Origin: Bacteroidota bacterium
Lineage (GTDB): Bacteria; Bacteroidota; Bacteroidia; Chitinophagales; Chitinophagaceae
Direction of reading: 5' to 3'
Assembly: GCA_041183265.1 (NCBI GenBank)
Contig: JBEGMC010000034.1
Location: 80 to 64,079 of the forward strand
DNA length: 64,000 nt
Shown here: positions 63,389-64,000 of the stretch, in pieces
How positions within the stretch are numbered: position 1 is the first letter of the stretch
Layout of the letters: the number at the start of each line of letters is the position of its first letter
The notes under the pieces: generated by a model
Seen by the model: only the letters and a program-made list of their open reading frames with translations
Told to the model about the DNA's origin: nothing
Database searches by the model: none
Position numbers and translations under genes: made by a program

Positions 63389-64000
63389 TTTTTGACAGCA
63401 AATTTCATGAGTGCTTCAATATCATCTGCTTCAATGGGTATGTTTGACATCAGATCTTTGTTTCCACTCCTGGTGATCCATACATTGTTTTCAATACGTA
63501 CTCCCATTTGTTCCTCCTCTATATAAATTCCTGGTTCAACGGTCAGCACCATACCTGGTTTGAGCGGCTCTGTTTTGGTACCGAGATCATGTACATCTAT
63601 TCCAAGATGATGGGAGATGCCATGGTAAAGGTATTTTCTGTACGCCCTGTTTTCGGGTGATTCATTCTTGATGTCTGATTTTTTCAGCAATCCTATTTTT
63701 TGAAAAAGAACCGTTGCTTCATCACCAACCATTTCATGGTATTTGAGTATGTTGATGCCAGGTTTGAGCAAGCTTTTTGCGTAATTGTGCAGATGCAGAC
63801 AAGCATTGTATACCGTTTTTTGTCTTCTTGTGAATTTGCCATTGACAGGAACTGTTCTCGTCAAATCCGCGCAATAGCCTCCATACTCTGCTCCAAAATC
63901 CATCAATACCAATTCACCTTCTTTGCATGCTTGGTTGTTGGCAATGTAATGAAGTGTTCTTGCTCTGTCGCCGCTTGCTATGATAGAGGAGTATGCAGGG
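63385..64000 (-). CDS. Xaa-Pro aminopeptidase, M24 family (partial; N-terminus lies beyond the right window edge)
   Basis: The reading frame stays open to base 64000: ...PAYSSIIASGDRARTLHYIANNQACKEGELVLMDFGAEYGGYCADLTRT.... Metal-ligand motifs HGISHHLGIDVHD and VEPGIY. Confidence 0.85.
   Translation of the reverse strand, partial: PAYSSIIASGDRARTLHYIANNQACKEGELVLMDFGAEYGGYCADLTRTVPVNGKFTRRQKTVYNACLHLHNYAKSLLKPGINILKYHEMVGDEATVLFQKIGLLKKSDIKNESPENRAYRKYLYHGISHHLGIDVHDLGTKTEPLKPGMVLTVEPGIYIEEEQMGVRIENNVWITRSGNKDLMSNIPIEADDIEALMKFAVKK

Noticed and set aside
1-64000. I searched for tRNA, rRNA, tmRNA, RNase P or SRP RNA genes, CRISPR arrays, IS elements, integrases, phage genes, toxin-antitoxin pairs and defence islands.
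   Set aside because: Every gap between credible genes is 150 nt or shorter, and most are under 50 nt. I saw no direct-repeat arrays and no transposase, integrase or recombinase-like ORF. All long ORFs have housekeeping or envelope assignments, so the window looks like core chromosome.

Overview
This is a densely packed 64-kb core-chromosome segment from a Bacteroidota-type genome. Three observations support that placement: a 2412-aa T9SS translocon SprA, futalosine-pathway genes, and TAnnTTTG promoter boxes. I count about 68 protein-coding genes, two of them cut by the window edges. I found no tRNA, rRNA, CRISPR array, transposase, integrase or phage-like gene, and the largest non-coding gap is about 150 nt. 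Content is mostly housekeeping: fmt, pepT, prmC, grpE-dnaJ, hpt, recN, fabI, trpS, gatC, folE, fabD, folD, queE, dprA, guaB, ruvA, fabH, atpG, scpB, lysA, def, ruvX, rsmI, purS and pssA. I do not see a defence island or an obvious novel multi-gene system. Many ORF-track starts are over-extended, often to TTG codons, and I re-set them using homology plus promoter-box position. The observations most worth a second look are: (1) a fusion of an AmgK-like sugar kinase to a RapZ C-terminal-like domain, followed by a MurU-like nucleotidyltransferase; (2) a two-gene outer-membrane module containing a ComEA-like helix-hairpin-helix domain fused to a large beta-barrel; (3) seven perfect TAnnTTTG boxes exactly 4 nt upstream of start codons, which suggests leaderless mRNAs; (4) convergent genes meeting stop-to-stop (TRA|TCA) or overlapping, with almost no terminator space; (5) tandem PTPS paralogues with folE; (6) a cargo-less T9SS C-terminal-domain mini-protein.
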